A DNA stretch of 11,392 bases from Spirulina sp. (lineage in GTDB: Bacteria > Cyanobacteriota > Cyanobacteriia > Phormidesmidales > Phormidesmidaceae): positions 1-11,392 of the forward strand of contig JBIPSI010000064.1 in assembly GCA_044070495.1 (NCBI GenBank). Direction: 5' to 3'. The notes under the pieces were generated by a model, which saw only the letters and a program-made list of their open reading frames with translations, searched no databases and was not told where the DNA came from. The translations under genes were made by a program, and so were the position numbers. This document shows, in pieces, positions 1 through 7,793 of this stretch. Position 1 is the stretch's first letter, and each line of letters starts with the position of its first letter.

Positions 1-77
1 GCGTTGTCGAAATCCGGACAAGCTATCGTAAGTCATAAGCCTTTGCCGAGATTGGTTGTGCTTTCTCAGCTTCGGCT

Positions 78-112
78 AAAAAGCAGCCCGAGCAAGACTC
101 GGGCTGCTTTTT
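78..112. terminator. Bidirectional intrinsic terminator
   Basis: Perfect 15-bp inverted repeat AAAAAGCAGCCCGAG (78-92) / CTCGGGCTGCTTTTT (98-112) with 5-nt loop CAAGA. A5 and T5 flanks give a U tract on either strand. Lies ~210 bp downstream of the asparaginase gene. Confidence 0.9.
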
Positions 113-322
113 CCTTTGGCCTTAGTCTAAACTCCAGTTAGGTAGACTCCCCTAGGAACATAGTCCAGACAACTTCTCGATCCTGATGGATACCCCGGCT
201 TAGGCGGCGGATACCAAACCCTGAGGGCTGACCCATGGTTTAAACGGGCGATGAAACCTAGCCCCTACGGTTTAACGGATTGGGAATTCCGATACCGATA
301 TCTAGGGCTGTGAATCCAGACG

Positions 323-1285
323 CTAGTAGATCAGGGGCAGTTCGCCCACCACATCTAAGCGCTTGAATTTGCCAATTTCCATGTAGGTTTCGGCTAGGGT
401 ATCGGCCACGGCAGGGAGAATCCAGCCCATTTGTTTGAGGGTGAAAATAGCGGTGGCGTACTTGGCCCGTTTGGATCCATCCATCACCTTAATTGCCAGT
501 CCCAAACCGTCCCCCACTTTGCCAATGCACTGAATCCCCTCAGCACCGGATTTGCTCACCAGGTCGCCGTCGGTAAGCTCCATCAGTTTGGTATCAAAGG
601 CATCGGGGCCGCCCACCAAGTCGGGATGGCTGGTCATGGCGCGGATAATGCGTTCCATTTCCAGGTTGTCGCCGGAGGAGAGCATGGCGAAGAGGGTGGC
701 CATCTGGCGCAACTGCATGAAGTAGGTCGGGGCACCGCAGTCGTCATGGGCCATGATGAACTCGTCGGCGGGCATCCCTAGCAACTCGGCCATGCGGGAA
801 AGGATCAGCTTTTGGACGGGATGGTTGCGGTCGAGGTAGCTTTCTAGGGGCCAGTTTTGCTGGTGGGAAACGGCCAACATCCCTGCATGTTTGCCGGAGC
901 AGTTGTGCTCTAGGGGGCTTTTGCGGCCCGCCGGGGTGGGACAACGCAGGGCGGTGGAATCTAGATCCGACTGCCAGAGAATGTGAAACACCTGGCGCAC
1001 CTGCTCGATGGTGCCCTGGTGGGATCCGCACATAATGGCGAGATCCTGGTCATTGAGGTTGTAGCGCTCCATCGCCCCAGCGGCGGTTACGGCTAGGGCT
1101 TGAAAGGGCTTCAGGGCCGAACGAATGAAGGTGGCCAATTCGGGATTACCCGCCACCGAAAGGTTGCGCCCCCGGGCATCGCACACCACCACATGGGCCG
1201 TATGACTGGATTCGACAATGCCCTCACGCAACAATTGCACGTCTAGCTCTTTGGTTTGGTGGCGGTTTACCCGGCTGCTGGTCAT
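323..1285 (-). CDS. L-asparaginase II family protein (class 3, Rhizobium etli AnsA-type), 320 aa
   Basis: Family motifs RSALKPFQA (RSxxKPxQA), NCSGKH, DDCG and SKSGAEG. Follows CGLD27, as is usual in cyanobacteria. Confidence 0.92.
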   Translation of the reverse strand: MTSSRVNRHQTKELDVQLLREGIVESSHTAHVVVCDARGRNLSVAGNPELATFIRSALKPFQALAVTAAGAMERYNLNDQDLAIMCGSHQGTIEQVRQVFHILWQSDLDSTALRCPTPAGRKSPLEHNCSGKHAGMLAVSHQQNWPLESYLDRNHPVQKLILSRMAELLGMPADEFIMAHDDCGAPTYFMQLRQMATLFAMLSSGDNLEMERIIRAMTSHPDLVGGPDAFDTKLMELTDGDLVSKSGAEGIQCIGKVGDGLGLAIKVMDGSKRAKYATAIFTLKQMGWILPAVADTLAETYMEIGKFKRLDVVGELPLIY

Positions 1286-1319
1286 AGGGGATGCTCTGGC
1301 TGAAGGATGGAGATGGGGA

Positions 1320-1370
1320 GGTTATTGGCTATTGGTTACTGGTTATTGGCTATTGGTTACTGGTTATTGG
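1320..1370. repeat. Heptamer tandem repeat (STRR-like), 7 units with a 21-bp higher-order period
   Basis: GGTTATT GGCTATT GGTTACT GGTTATT GGCTATT GGTTACT GGTTATT GG, read directly in the CGLD27-asparaginase spacer. Confidence 0.92.
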
Positions 1371-1404
1371 GTGAGCGGCATGATTGGGGAGCGGCCCCGT
1401 CATC

Positions 1405-1902
1405 TTAGATCAATTGCCAGGTAATGAGCCCTAGGCTGAGCAGGGCCGCAATGGTGCCGATGGTTTTGCGAATGCGCTGCAACACGGGCTGCACTTGGTA
1501 ATCCACAATCAGGCGATCACGGTTGGAGACCTCCTCCGGCTTCACCCATACCTGTCCGTCGTACCAGCCCGATTCTTCGTAGGGCACCTTGTCTTGCTTC
1601 AGGCGTCCGCCGACATGCGCCCAACCCACATAGAGCTGCATCAAGGCCAGCATGGGCAAAATCAAGGCTCCCATCGCCGCACTGAGGGTAAAGGGCAGGG
1701 GATGTTTGGCCGGAACAAAGCTTGCCGCCGCCATGGGGCCAGCCACCAGCCAGCCGACCAGCCACAAAATCACAACTGGTTTGAGATAGCCCTTCAGGTC
1801 GCGGCTACCCCAGCTATAGAACCAAGACTCGCGCACATCCTGGTATTCGTTAATCGGCTGCTGTTCCGCCGGCACCGGACATCGTTGCGCCATTCTGACC
1901 AT
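1405..1902 (-). CDS. ycf36: CGLD27 / Ycf36 (DUF1230) family membrane protein, ~165 aa
   Basis: Signatures CPVPxEQQPxNEY, LYVGWxHV and YEESGWYDGQxWxKP, plus hydrophobic segments. Start moved from the ORF track (2016) to ATG 1902, which has GAGG 6 nt upstream; ATG 1893 is an alternative. Confidence 0.9.
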   Translation of the reverse strand: MVRMAQRCPVPAEQQPINEYQDVRESWFYSWGSRDLKGYLKPVVILWLVGWLVAGPMAAASFVPAKHPLPFTLSAAMGALILPMLALMQLYVGWAHVGGRLKQDKVPYEESGWYDGQVWVKPEEVSNRDRLIVDYQVQPVLQRIRKTIGTIAALLSLGLITWQLI

Positions 1903-2182
1903 CCAAAACCTCGTCTCTAGCCTAAACGAATTCCCCTCAATTCGGTACGTCGCTGATTGGCCCCACTCCCCTTCTAGGCAGATTAGAACGCAAATTAGAA
2001 CACCGTGGATCTTCACCCTTGGGGTGCCGCGCTAGCCGCACAGACGATGGGTGACGGGAGGGAATCTGGGAGAGGGGCTAATCCTGGGAGCTATCCAAGA
2101 AATTCGGCGGATCTTATGCCTGGGCTGATAACTTAAGCCGCCCTAGGGGCTTGCTAAGCAAAGACGATTTCAACCTACCATC

Positions 2183-3610
2183 GTGCATCGACTACAATCT
2201 TCCCGCTGGCGTTTGGGGATCGGGTTTGGCCTAGGGCTGTTGCTGTTTGTGGGCCTCAGCAGCCAGTTTCGTAGCGACGCCAAGCTTCCGACCCTCTCGC
2301 CATTGCCCCAGGATCCCTACATCCAAGCCTATTTCAACCAAAGTCAGGCCTCGGTCTACACCGACCCCTACCGCAACATCACCCGCTACGGCGATGATCT
2401 GGAACAGGTGATCATCGATGCCATCCACAGCGCCCAAACCTCCGTGGATGTGGCGGTTCACGAGTTTACCCTGCCGCACATTGCCCAGGCTCTCAGCGAA
2501 CGCCAAGCCCAGGGTGTGCGGGTGCGGGTGGTGGTGGAAAACAGCTACAGCACCCCCATGGCCCAGCGCCAAGGCAACGATTTTTCCTTTTTGGATGAGC
2601 ACGAACGCAACAAGGCCACCGCGCTGTATCAGTTCGTAGACCTCAACCAAGACGGCACCCTCAGCGCCGAGGAAATCGCCCAGCGCGACGCCCTCGCCAT
2701 CCTCGACCAGGCCCAAGTGCCCCGCATCGACGATACCGCCGACGGCAGCAAGGGCAGCGGCCTGATGCACCACAAGTTTATGGTGATCGATGGGCGGCGG
2801 GTGGTCACAGGTTCCGCCAACTGGACGATGAGCGACATCCACGGCGACCTTGGTACCGAAGAGAGCCGAGGTAACGCCAACGCCGTTTTGGTGATTGACA
2901 GCCCTAGCCTAGCCCAAACCTTCGCGGCAGAATTTGCCCTGCTGTGGGGCGATGGCCCTGGAAAAGCCGAGGACAGCCAGTTTGGTCTGCAAAAGCCTGC
3001 CCGTCCGGCCCAACGCGCCGCTGTGCCCGGTTCCACGGTGGAGGTGCAGTTTTCTCCCACCTCGTCCACCCAGCCCTGGGCCAACAGCGTCAATGGTCTA
3101 ATCGCCAAAACCCTGGGCCAAGCCACCCAGCAGGTAAACCTGGCGCTGTTTGTGTTTTCCGAGCAGCCCATCAGCAACCAGCTCTGGACGTTGGCCCAGC
3201 GGGGGGTTCCCATCCAAACCCTGATTGATCCGGGCTTTGCCTACCGCAGTTACAGCGAAGGGCTAGATATGATGGGCCTGAGCCTGCCCGACCACCGCTG
3301 CAAAATGGATGGCGAAAACCGCCCTTGGCCCACCCCCATCACCAGCGTCGGCACGCCCACCCTGGCCGAAGGCGACAAACTGCACCACAAATTCGCCGTT
3401 GTAGATGGCCTCACGGTGATAGTTGGATCCCAAAACTGGAGCAACGCTGCCAACACCACCAACGACGAAAACCTGCTGGTGATCCGCAACCCCACCGTCG
3501 CCGCCCACTTCCAGCGCGAGTTTGACCGCCTCTACGGCACCGCCCAACTCGGCCTCACCCCCCAGCTTCAGCGGGCCATCGACAACCAGCGCTCCCAGTG
3601 TGGCCTGTAG
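2183..3610 (+). CDS. Phospholipase D / nuclease superfamily protein with two HKD motifs (ComA/Slr0197-like, no C-terminal HhH domain), 475 aa
   Basis: HHKFMVID (2768-2791) followed by GSANW, and HHKFAVVD (3383-3406) followed by GSQNW. Basic-then-hydrophobic N-terminus (signal or anchor). EF-hand-like loop DLNQDGTLSAEE. GTG start. Confidence 0.88.
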   Translation: MHRLQSSRWRLGIGFGLGLLLFVGLSSQFRSDAKLPTLSPLPQDPYIQAYFNQSQASVYTDPYRNITRYGDDLEQVIIDAIHSAQTSVDVAVHEFTLPHIAQALSERQAQGVRVRVVVENSYSTPMAQRQGNDFSFLDEHERNKATALYQFVDLNQDGTLSAEEIAQRDALAILDQAQVPRIDDTADGSKGSGLMHHKFMVIDGRRVVTGSANWTMSDIHGDLGTEESRGNANAVLVIDSPSLAQTFAAEFALLWGDGPGKAEDSQFGLQKPARPAQRAAVPGSTVEVQFSPTSSTQPWANSVNGLIAKTLGQATQQVNLALFVFSEQPISNQLWTLAQRGVPIQTLIDPGFAYRSYSEGLDMMGLSLPDHRCKMDGENRPWPTPITSVGTPTLAEGDKLHHKFAVVDGLTVIVGSQNWSNAANTTNDENLLVIRNPTVAAHFQREFDRLYGTAQLGLTPQLQRAIDNQRSQCGL

Positions 3611-3708
3611 AGTATTGCTCTCGCTATTGTGTCGTTTTTTGTCGCAATTAAACTACAGCTTAAAGCCTATGAAGAACCGTAAACAGGCTTATTTTTGGCA
3701 ATCAATCA

Positions 3709-3717
3709 TGCTAGATT
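3709..3717 (+). promoter_or_regulatory. Candidate extended -10 promoter (TGcTAGATT)
   Basis: TG-n-TAGATT matches TGnTAnnnT in an AT-rich context and would place a TSS near 3724. No good -35 element. Confidence 0.4.
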
Positions 3718-3723
3718 AAACCT

Positions 3724-4075
3724 ATCGAAAGACAACTGAATAACCATACAAGCCTCGCTCTCTTTCTGAGGTTTCCCCAAAGAAAAAGCAGGCTGGTGAC
3801 AGGTTCACCAAACCCCAAAACCAACCTTGTTCAGTTCACTTAGAGACACTAACTTAGGCTGTTGCCGCGTTAAACATCTCGCCCTTTATGTCGGTCAAGA
3901 CATCGAACTCCAAGGTTTACTCACCCCTACGTTTGTCAATTCTTTGCTTGTTTCCTATTGCTTGCTCCTTGAGATAAGTAATTCAACCTGAAACACGGAC
4001 AAACTGAACCGTTGTTTTTCGCTAAATAAACTTCTAACGAAGGGTGGCCATGGCGGCTACCCTTTAGTTGTTTTT
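3724..4075 (+). ncRNA. Candidate structured non-coding RNA (~350 nt), family not recognised
   Basis: Lies between a candidate -10 and an intrinsic terminator. No ORF of 60 aa or more. Several hairpins and long-range helices are visible, and the G-U pairs favour the + strand. Confidence 0.45.
4040..4075 (+). terminator. Intrinsic terminator
   Basis: Stem AAGGGTGGCC (4040-4049) / GGCTACCCTT (4055-4064), 10 bp with one G-U pair that works only on the + strand. Followed by TAGTTGTTTTT. Confidence 0.7.
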
Positions 4076-4116
4076 GGGATGAATTTTAGATGGGTCTTAG
4101 GGGTATTTGCAGAAGC

Positions 4117-4145
4117 TTGAAAAGGACTTGTCAAAAATCTATGTT
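4117..4145 (+). promoter_or_regulatory. Candidate sigma70-type promoter
   Basis: TTGAAA (4117-4122) - 17 nt - TATGTT (4140-4145). Confidence 0.4.
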
Positions 4146-4188
4146 GGCTTGCTATTTCTTCAATCAGTACTATGCAAAATGACCACTA

Positions 4189-4215
4189 TTGGCTAGGGAA
4201 ACTTGGCTAGGGAAA
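4189..4215. repeat. Tandem direct repeat, 13 bp x2 (14-bp period)
   Basis: TTGGCTAGGGAAA-C-TTGGCTAGGGAAA. Confidence 0.85.
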
Positions 4216-4453
4216 TTATTTTCTGGGCAAACCCTGACTCGCTTAGTTCTTGATTGTCCCTTACCCCTAGCTCTGGTTGCCTGCCCCATCTCCCAAGTAC
4301 GTCGGGCGCAGCAAAGCGGAACCGAACCCCCGCCGACATAACCATGGGTTTGGGTGGCCGAGCCTGGGGGTTTGAGGTTATGGTAAGCCTAGGTAAACTC
4401 ATAATGACTTTACTTAGGTGTCCCCTGGAGTTTCCGTCGAGGGTGGTTGTCAT
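4193..4453 (-). CDS. Possible small hypothetical protein (86 aa)
   Basis: ATG start (MTTTLD), divergent from prlC with a 106-bp spacer, and GC-richer than the adjacent non-coding DNA. No recognisable domain. Confidence 0.3.
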   Translation of the reverse strand: MTTTLDGNSRGHLSKVIMSLPRLTITSNPQARPPKPMVMSAGVRFRFAAPDVLGRWGRQPELGVRDNQELSESGFAQKIISLAKFP

Positions 4454-4559
4454 CGCCTAGCTAGGACAATCCGGCGGGAATCAGGGAAAATGACTGACAT
4501 GATGGCCCTGTAGTGATTGCCACTTCATACCCTTAACGAGCATTCTTAGCGTTCTAACT

Positions 4560-6644
4560 ATGACAGCGACTACTGTACAAAATCCTCTGCTGATCGGATC
4601 TGGGCTACCTCCCTTCGACCGAATTGAAACCGCCCACATCGTTCCGGGCATCACGGCTTTGCTGGAGAACCTAGCGGCGGACTTTCAATCGCTGGAGACC
4701 AGCGTTTCGCCCACCTGGGAGGGTTTGGTGGAACCCCTGACCCGGATTGAAGAGCGGCTGAGCTGGAGTTGGGGCATTGTGGGGCACCTGATGGGGGTGA
4801 AAAATAGCCCCGAACTACGCGCCGCCTACGAGGAAGTGCAGCCTGCCCTGGTGCAGTTTGCCACCCAAATGGGCCAGAGCAAGCCGCTGTATGAAGCCTT
4901 TACGCAACTGCGGGCCAGTGCCGAATGGGACAGCTTTGACCCGGCTCAGCAGCGGATTGTGGAATCCTCCATTCGCGAAGCAGAACTGTCGGGCGTAGGG
5001 CTGGAGGGGGCCGATAAGGATCGCTTCAACGAGATCCAGCAGGCCCTAGCGGAACTGACCACCAAATTTTCTAGCAACGTGCTGGATGCCACCAAAGCCT
5101 TCAGCCTCACCCTCACTACCGCCGAGGAGATTGACGGCCTGCCCCCCAGTCTGCTGGCCCTGGCGGCCCAACTGGCCCGCGCTGAGGGGGAAGAGGGCGC
5201 AACCCCCGAAACTGGCCCCTGGCGGATTACCCTAGATTTCCCCTGCTATGGGCCGTTTATGCAGCACAGTCGGCGGCGGGATCTGCGGGAGAAGCTTTAC
5301 CGCGCCTTTGTCACCCGTGCCTCTGAGGGCGATTTGGACAATAACCCCAACATCGAAAAAATTCTGGCCCTGCGCCACGAAATGGCGAACTTACTGGGCT
5401 ATGGCACCTACGCTGACCTGAGCCTCGCCCGCAAGATGGCTCCTTCGGTAGAAGCCATTGACAAACTGATGGGCGAACTCCGCAGCGCCAGCTACGACAC
5501 CGCCGTGAAGGAGTTGTCGGATCTGCAAACCTTCGCCGCCGAAAAAGGGGCCGCCGAAGCCCACGACCTCACCCACTGGGACACCGCCTTTTGGGCCGAG
5601 CGCATCCGGGAAGAAAAGTACGGCCTCAACGACGAAGAACTGCGGCCCTATTTCCCCCTGCCCCAGGTGTTGGATGGGTTGTTTGCCTTGGCGAACCGCA
5701 TCTTCGACATCACCATTGCTCCCGCCGACGGCGAAGCCCCGGTGTGGCACCCCGATGTGCGCTACTTCCAGGTGCTCAATGGCGGTGGCGAACCCATCGC
5801 CCACTTTTACCTCGACCCCTACAGCCGACCCGCCGAAAAGCGCGGTGGGGCCTGGATGGACACCTGCATCAACCGGGGCAAAACCGCCGAACAGGTGCGC
5901 CTGCCCGTGGCCTACCTGGTGTGCAACCAAGCGCCCCCGGTTGATGGTAAGCCCAGCCTGATGACCTTCCGCGATGTGGAGACCCTGTTCCACGAGTTTG
6001 GCCACGGCCTGCACCACATGCTCACAAAAGTGGACTACACCGGGGCCGCAGGCATCAACAATGTGGAGTGGGATGCCGTGGAACTGCCCAGCCAGTTTAT
6101 GGAGAACTGGTGCTACCACCGCGATACCCTGCTCACCCTAGCCCGCCATGTGGACACCGGGGCACCCCTGCCGGAGGATCTGTACCAGAAAATCGTTGCC
6201 GCCCGGACGTTTATGACCGGCAGCGCCATTCTGCGCCAGGTACGCTTTGGCTGGACGGACATTGAACTCCACCACCGCTACCAGCCCAACGGCGGCGAAA
6301 CCGTGGCCGAAGTGAACCAGCGCATTGCGGCCCAGTCCTCCATCCTGAAGCCCTTACCGGAGGATTCCTTCCTCTGCGCCTTCACCCACATTTTTGCTGG
6401 GGGCTATGCGGCGGGCTACTACAGCTACTTCTGGGCCGAGGTGCTGAGTGCCGATGCCTTCGCGGCCTTTGAGGAGGTGGGCCTAGAGAACGAGCAGGCT
6501 GTCGTAGAAACGGGGCGTCGGTTCCGGGATACGGTGCTAGCTCTGGGCGGTAGCCGCCACCCGATGGAGGTATTCAAAGCCTTCCGAGGGCGTGAACCCA
6601 GCACCCAAGCCCTGCTGCGTCATCGGGGGTTGGTCGCCGCCTAG
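4560..6644 (+). CDS. prlC: Oligopeptidase A (peptidase family M3A), 694 aa
   Basis: N-terminal NPLL...LPPF, zinc motif HEFGH (5991-6005), KRGGAWM, WDAVELPSQFMENW, HIFAGGYAAGYYSY and FRGREP. Confidence 0.96.
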   Translation: MTATTVQNPLLIGSGLPPFDRIETAHIVPGITALLENLAADFQSLETSVSPTWEGLVEPLTRIEERLSWSWGIVGHLMGVKNSPELRAAYEEVQPALVQFATQMGQSKPLYEAFTQLRASAEWDSFDPAQQRIVESSIREAELSGVGLEGADKDRFNEIQQALAELTTKFSSNVLDATKAFSLTLTTAEEIDGLPPSLLALAAQLARAEGEEGATPETGPWRITLDFPCYGPFMQHSRRRDLREKLYRAFVTRASEGDLDNNPNIEKILALRHEMANLLGYGTYADLSLARKMAPSVEAIDKLMGELRSASYDTAVKELSDLQTFAAEKGAAEAHDLTHWDTAFWAERIREEKYGLNDEELRPYFPLPQVLDGLFALANRIFDITIAPADGEAPVWHPDVRYFQVLNGGGEPIAHFYLDPYSRPAEKRGGAWMDTCINRGKTAEQVRLPVAYLVCNQAPPVDGKPSLMTFRDVETLFHEFGHGLHHMLTKVDYTGAAGINNVEWDAVELPSQFMENWCYHRDTLLTLARHVDTGAPLPEDLYQKIVAARTFMTGSAILRQVRFGWTDIELHHRYQPNGGETVAEVNQRIAAQSSILKPLPEDSFLCAFTHIFAGGYAAGYYSYFWAEVLSADAFAAFEEVGLENEQAVVETGRRFRDTVLALGGSRHPMEVFKAFRGREPSTQALLRHRGLVAA

Positions 6645-6704
6645 AACCTTCGGGTTCCTGCCCTGGGGGAAGCACGCTATACCCTAAGCTGCTCTCCCCA
6701 GGGC
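6644..6704. terminator. Twin hairpins between convergent genes (terminator or 3' stabiliser)
   Basis: GAACC-TTCG-GGTTC (6644-6657, cUUCGg tetraloop), then a long stem GCCCTGGGG...CCCCAGGGC (6660-6704) extended by AGCA/TGCT and GCT/AGC. No U tract. Confidence 0.55.
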
Positions 6705-6754
6705 TGCGGCTTCTAGGCATCGCATCTCTATCCATAGGAGCCTGGGCAAACCCC

Positions 6755-6958
6755 TCAAGGATGGATTTTGACGCGGCCATTCTGAATGGCATCGAAGAGG
6801 CGGTTAATTTGGCGACGTTCGGCTTCATCCACGGTGCCATCGGCCAGCACTAAGGCAGACAGCGCCTGGTACTGGGTTTGGGTGATATACCGAGCTTCTA
6901 GCACTTGGCTAACCAATTCCGTAACGGGGCAATCGGGTTGGGATGGAGAGGAGGACAT
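6755..6958 (-). CDS. Small helical hypothetical protein of cyanobacterial type, 67 aa
   Basis: Pattern LV.QVL...YIT......L......L..AI..GRVK resembles small cyanobacterial proteins. Acidic loop ADGTVDEAE. Fills the gap between prlC and the next gene. Confidence 0.75.
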   Translation of the reverse strand: MSSSPSQPDCPVTELVSQVLEARYITQTQYQALSALVLADGTVDEAERRQINRLFDAIQNGRVKIHP

Positions 6959-7144
6959 AGCGCAGACTGACCAGGACGACTCTGGTGTTAGCGTGCCCGT
7001 TTAGTCTCTGTTTTGAGACACAAAAGGCACAAATTGTCGCAATACAATACCCAACTGCAACACAATGGGAAAAATTCGCTACCCTAGACGGTCGTGGGGT
7101 TAGCCCAAGACGATGTTAAGGGCATTTTGCAGGGAAGGTGGCCA

Positions 7145-7717
7145 ATGATCAGGCTCCAACAACTGAAGCGACAGCGAGTGGGGCTCATCCTCGGCGGAGT
7201 GGGGTTACTGTGGGGGCTAGGAAGTTTGGCGACGGCAGGGCTGGCGCAGGAGGTGGCTGGCTTAGTCCCAGATAAACCGACCGATCTTGCCCTGGCCGAG
7301 ACGAAGCAAACCGCAGCCCAACGCTACACAAACGCCATGCTGGTGGGCTATGCAGCGGCAGAACAGGGCGACTATCACACGGCTCTGATTAACTTTCGCC
7401 GCGCCCTGGCGGCACGTCCGGGGGATCGCTACGCCCTCGCCGCCATCCGCAACATGGAATCCTACATCGCCATGCAGCGGGCTGAGGCCGCCAAACGGGC
7501 TGAAATCGCTCGTCTAGAAACCACCGTTGCCGCCGCTGTGGCCGCTAGCGACTGGGCCTGTGCCGCCGCCTCGGTGGATCGCCTCGTGGAACTGGTGCCC
7601 CCCACCTCCCCCGACCGAAGCAGACTGATCGCCTACCGGGGAGAACTGGCGGGTATGATTGCCTCGCGAGATAACCTAGATAGCTGGTCTACGGTGTGTC
7701 CGGGCGGGCAAATTTAG
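7145..7717 (+). CDS. Secreted TPR-like hypothetical protein, ~190 aa
   Basis: ATG 7145 with GGGAAGG upstream is preferred to GTG 7094. Signal-peptide-like N-terminus ending AGLA|QE. TPR-like segment GYAAAEQGDYHTALINFRRALAARPGDRYA. Two Cys in the C-terminal half. Confidence 0.75.
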   Translation: MIRLQQLKRQRVGLILGGVGLLWGLGSLATAGLAQEVAGLVPDKPTDLALAETKQTAAQRYTNAMLVGYAAAEQGDYHTALINFRRALAARPGDRYALAAIRNMESYIAMQRAEAAKRAEIARLETTVAAAVAASDWACAAASVDRLVELVPPTSPDRSRLIAYRGELAGMIASRDNLDSWSTVCPGGQI

Positions 7718-7793
7718 ATCAAGTGAGACGCAATTAGCCAATTGAGGCGAACGATTCCTTGGAGTCATGTGGGCGTAAAAGATCCGTGATCCT

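Noticed and set aside
3..38. Possible 3' end of an upstream + strand gene (VVEIRTSYRKS-stop) before the terminator
   Set aside because: Only 12 codons are visible; plausible but not supportable or identifiable.
246..268. GTAG-GGGC...GCCC REP-like half site on the minus strand
   Set aside because: Only a 4-bp stem and no partner copy nearby.
1903..2016. N-terminal extension of the CGLD27 ORF to 203 aa
   Set aside because: Family similarity begins at CPVP; the extension lies in the divergent promoter region and a better SD/ATG exists at 1902.
3679..3692. NtcA-like site GTA-N8-TAT upstream of the candidate RNA
   Set aside because: One mismatch to GTA-N8-TAC and 19 nt rather than about 22 nt to the -10.
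3985..4010. Assignment of the candidate RNA to PsrR1 or Yfr2 from GAAACACGGAC / GGAAACA-like words
   Set aside because: The resemblance is short and from memory only, and length and layout do not clearly fit; needs a covariance-model search.
4223..4234. c-di-GMP-I riboswitch suggested by GGCAAACC (CTGGGCAAACCC also at 6742-6753)
   Set aside because: No GNRA-capped P2 stem and no downstream GCAAAG element.
5391..6119. 242-aa antisense ORF, and similar shadow ORFs over the asparaginase, CGLD27, PLD and sseA genes
   Set aside because: Fully overlap well-supported genes; expected from GC-rich codon bias.
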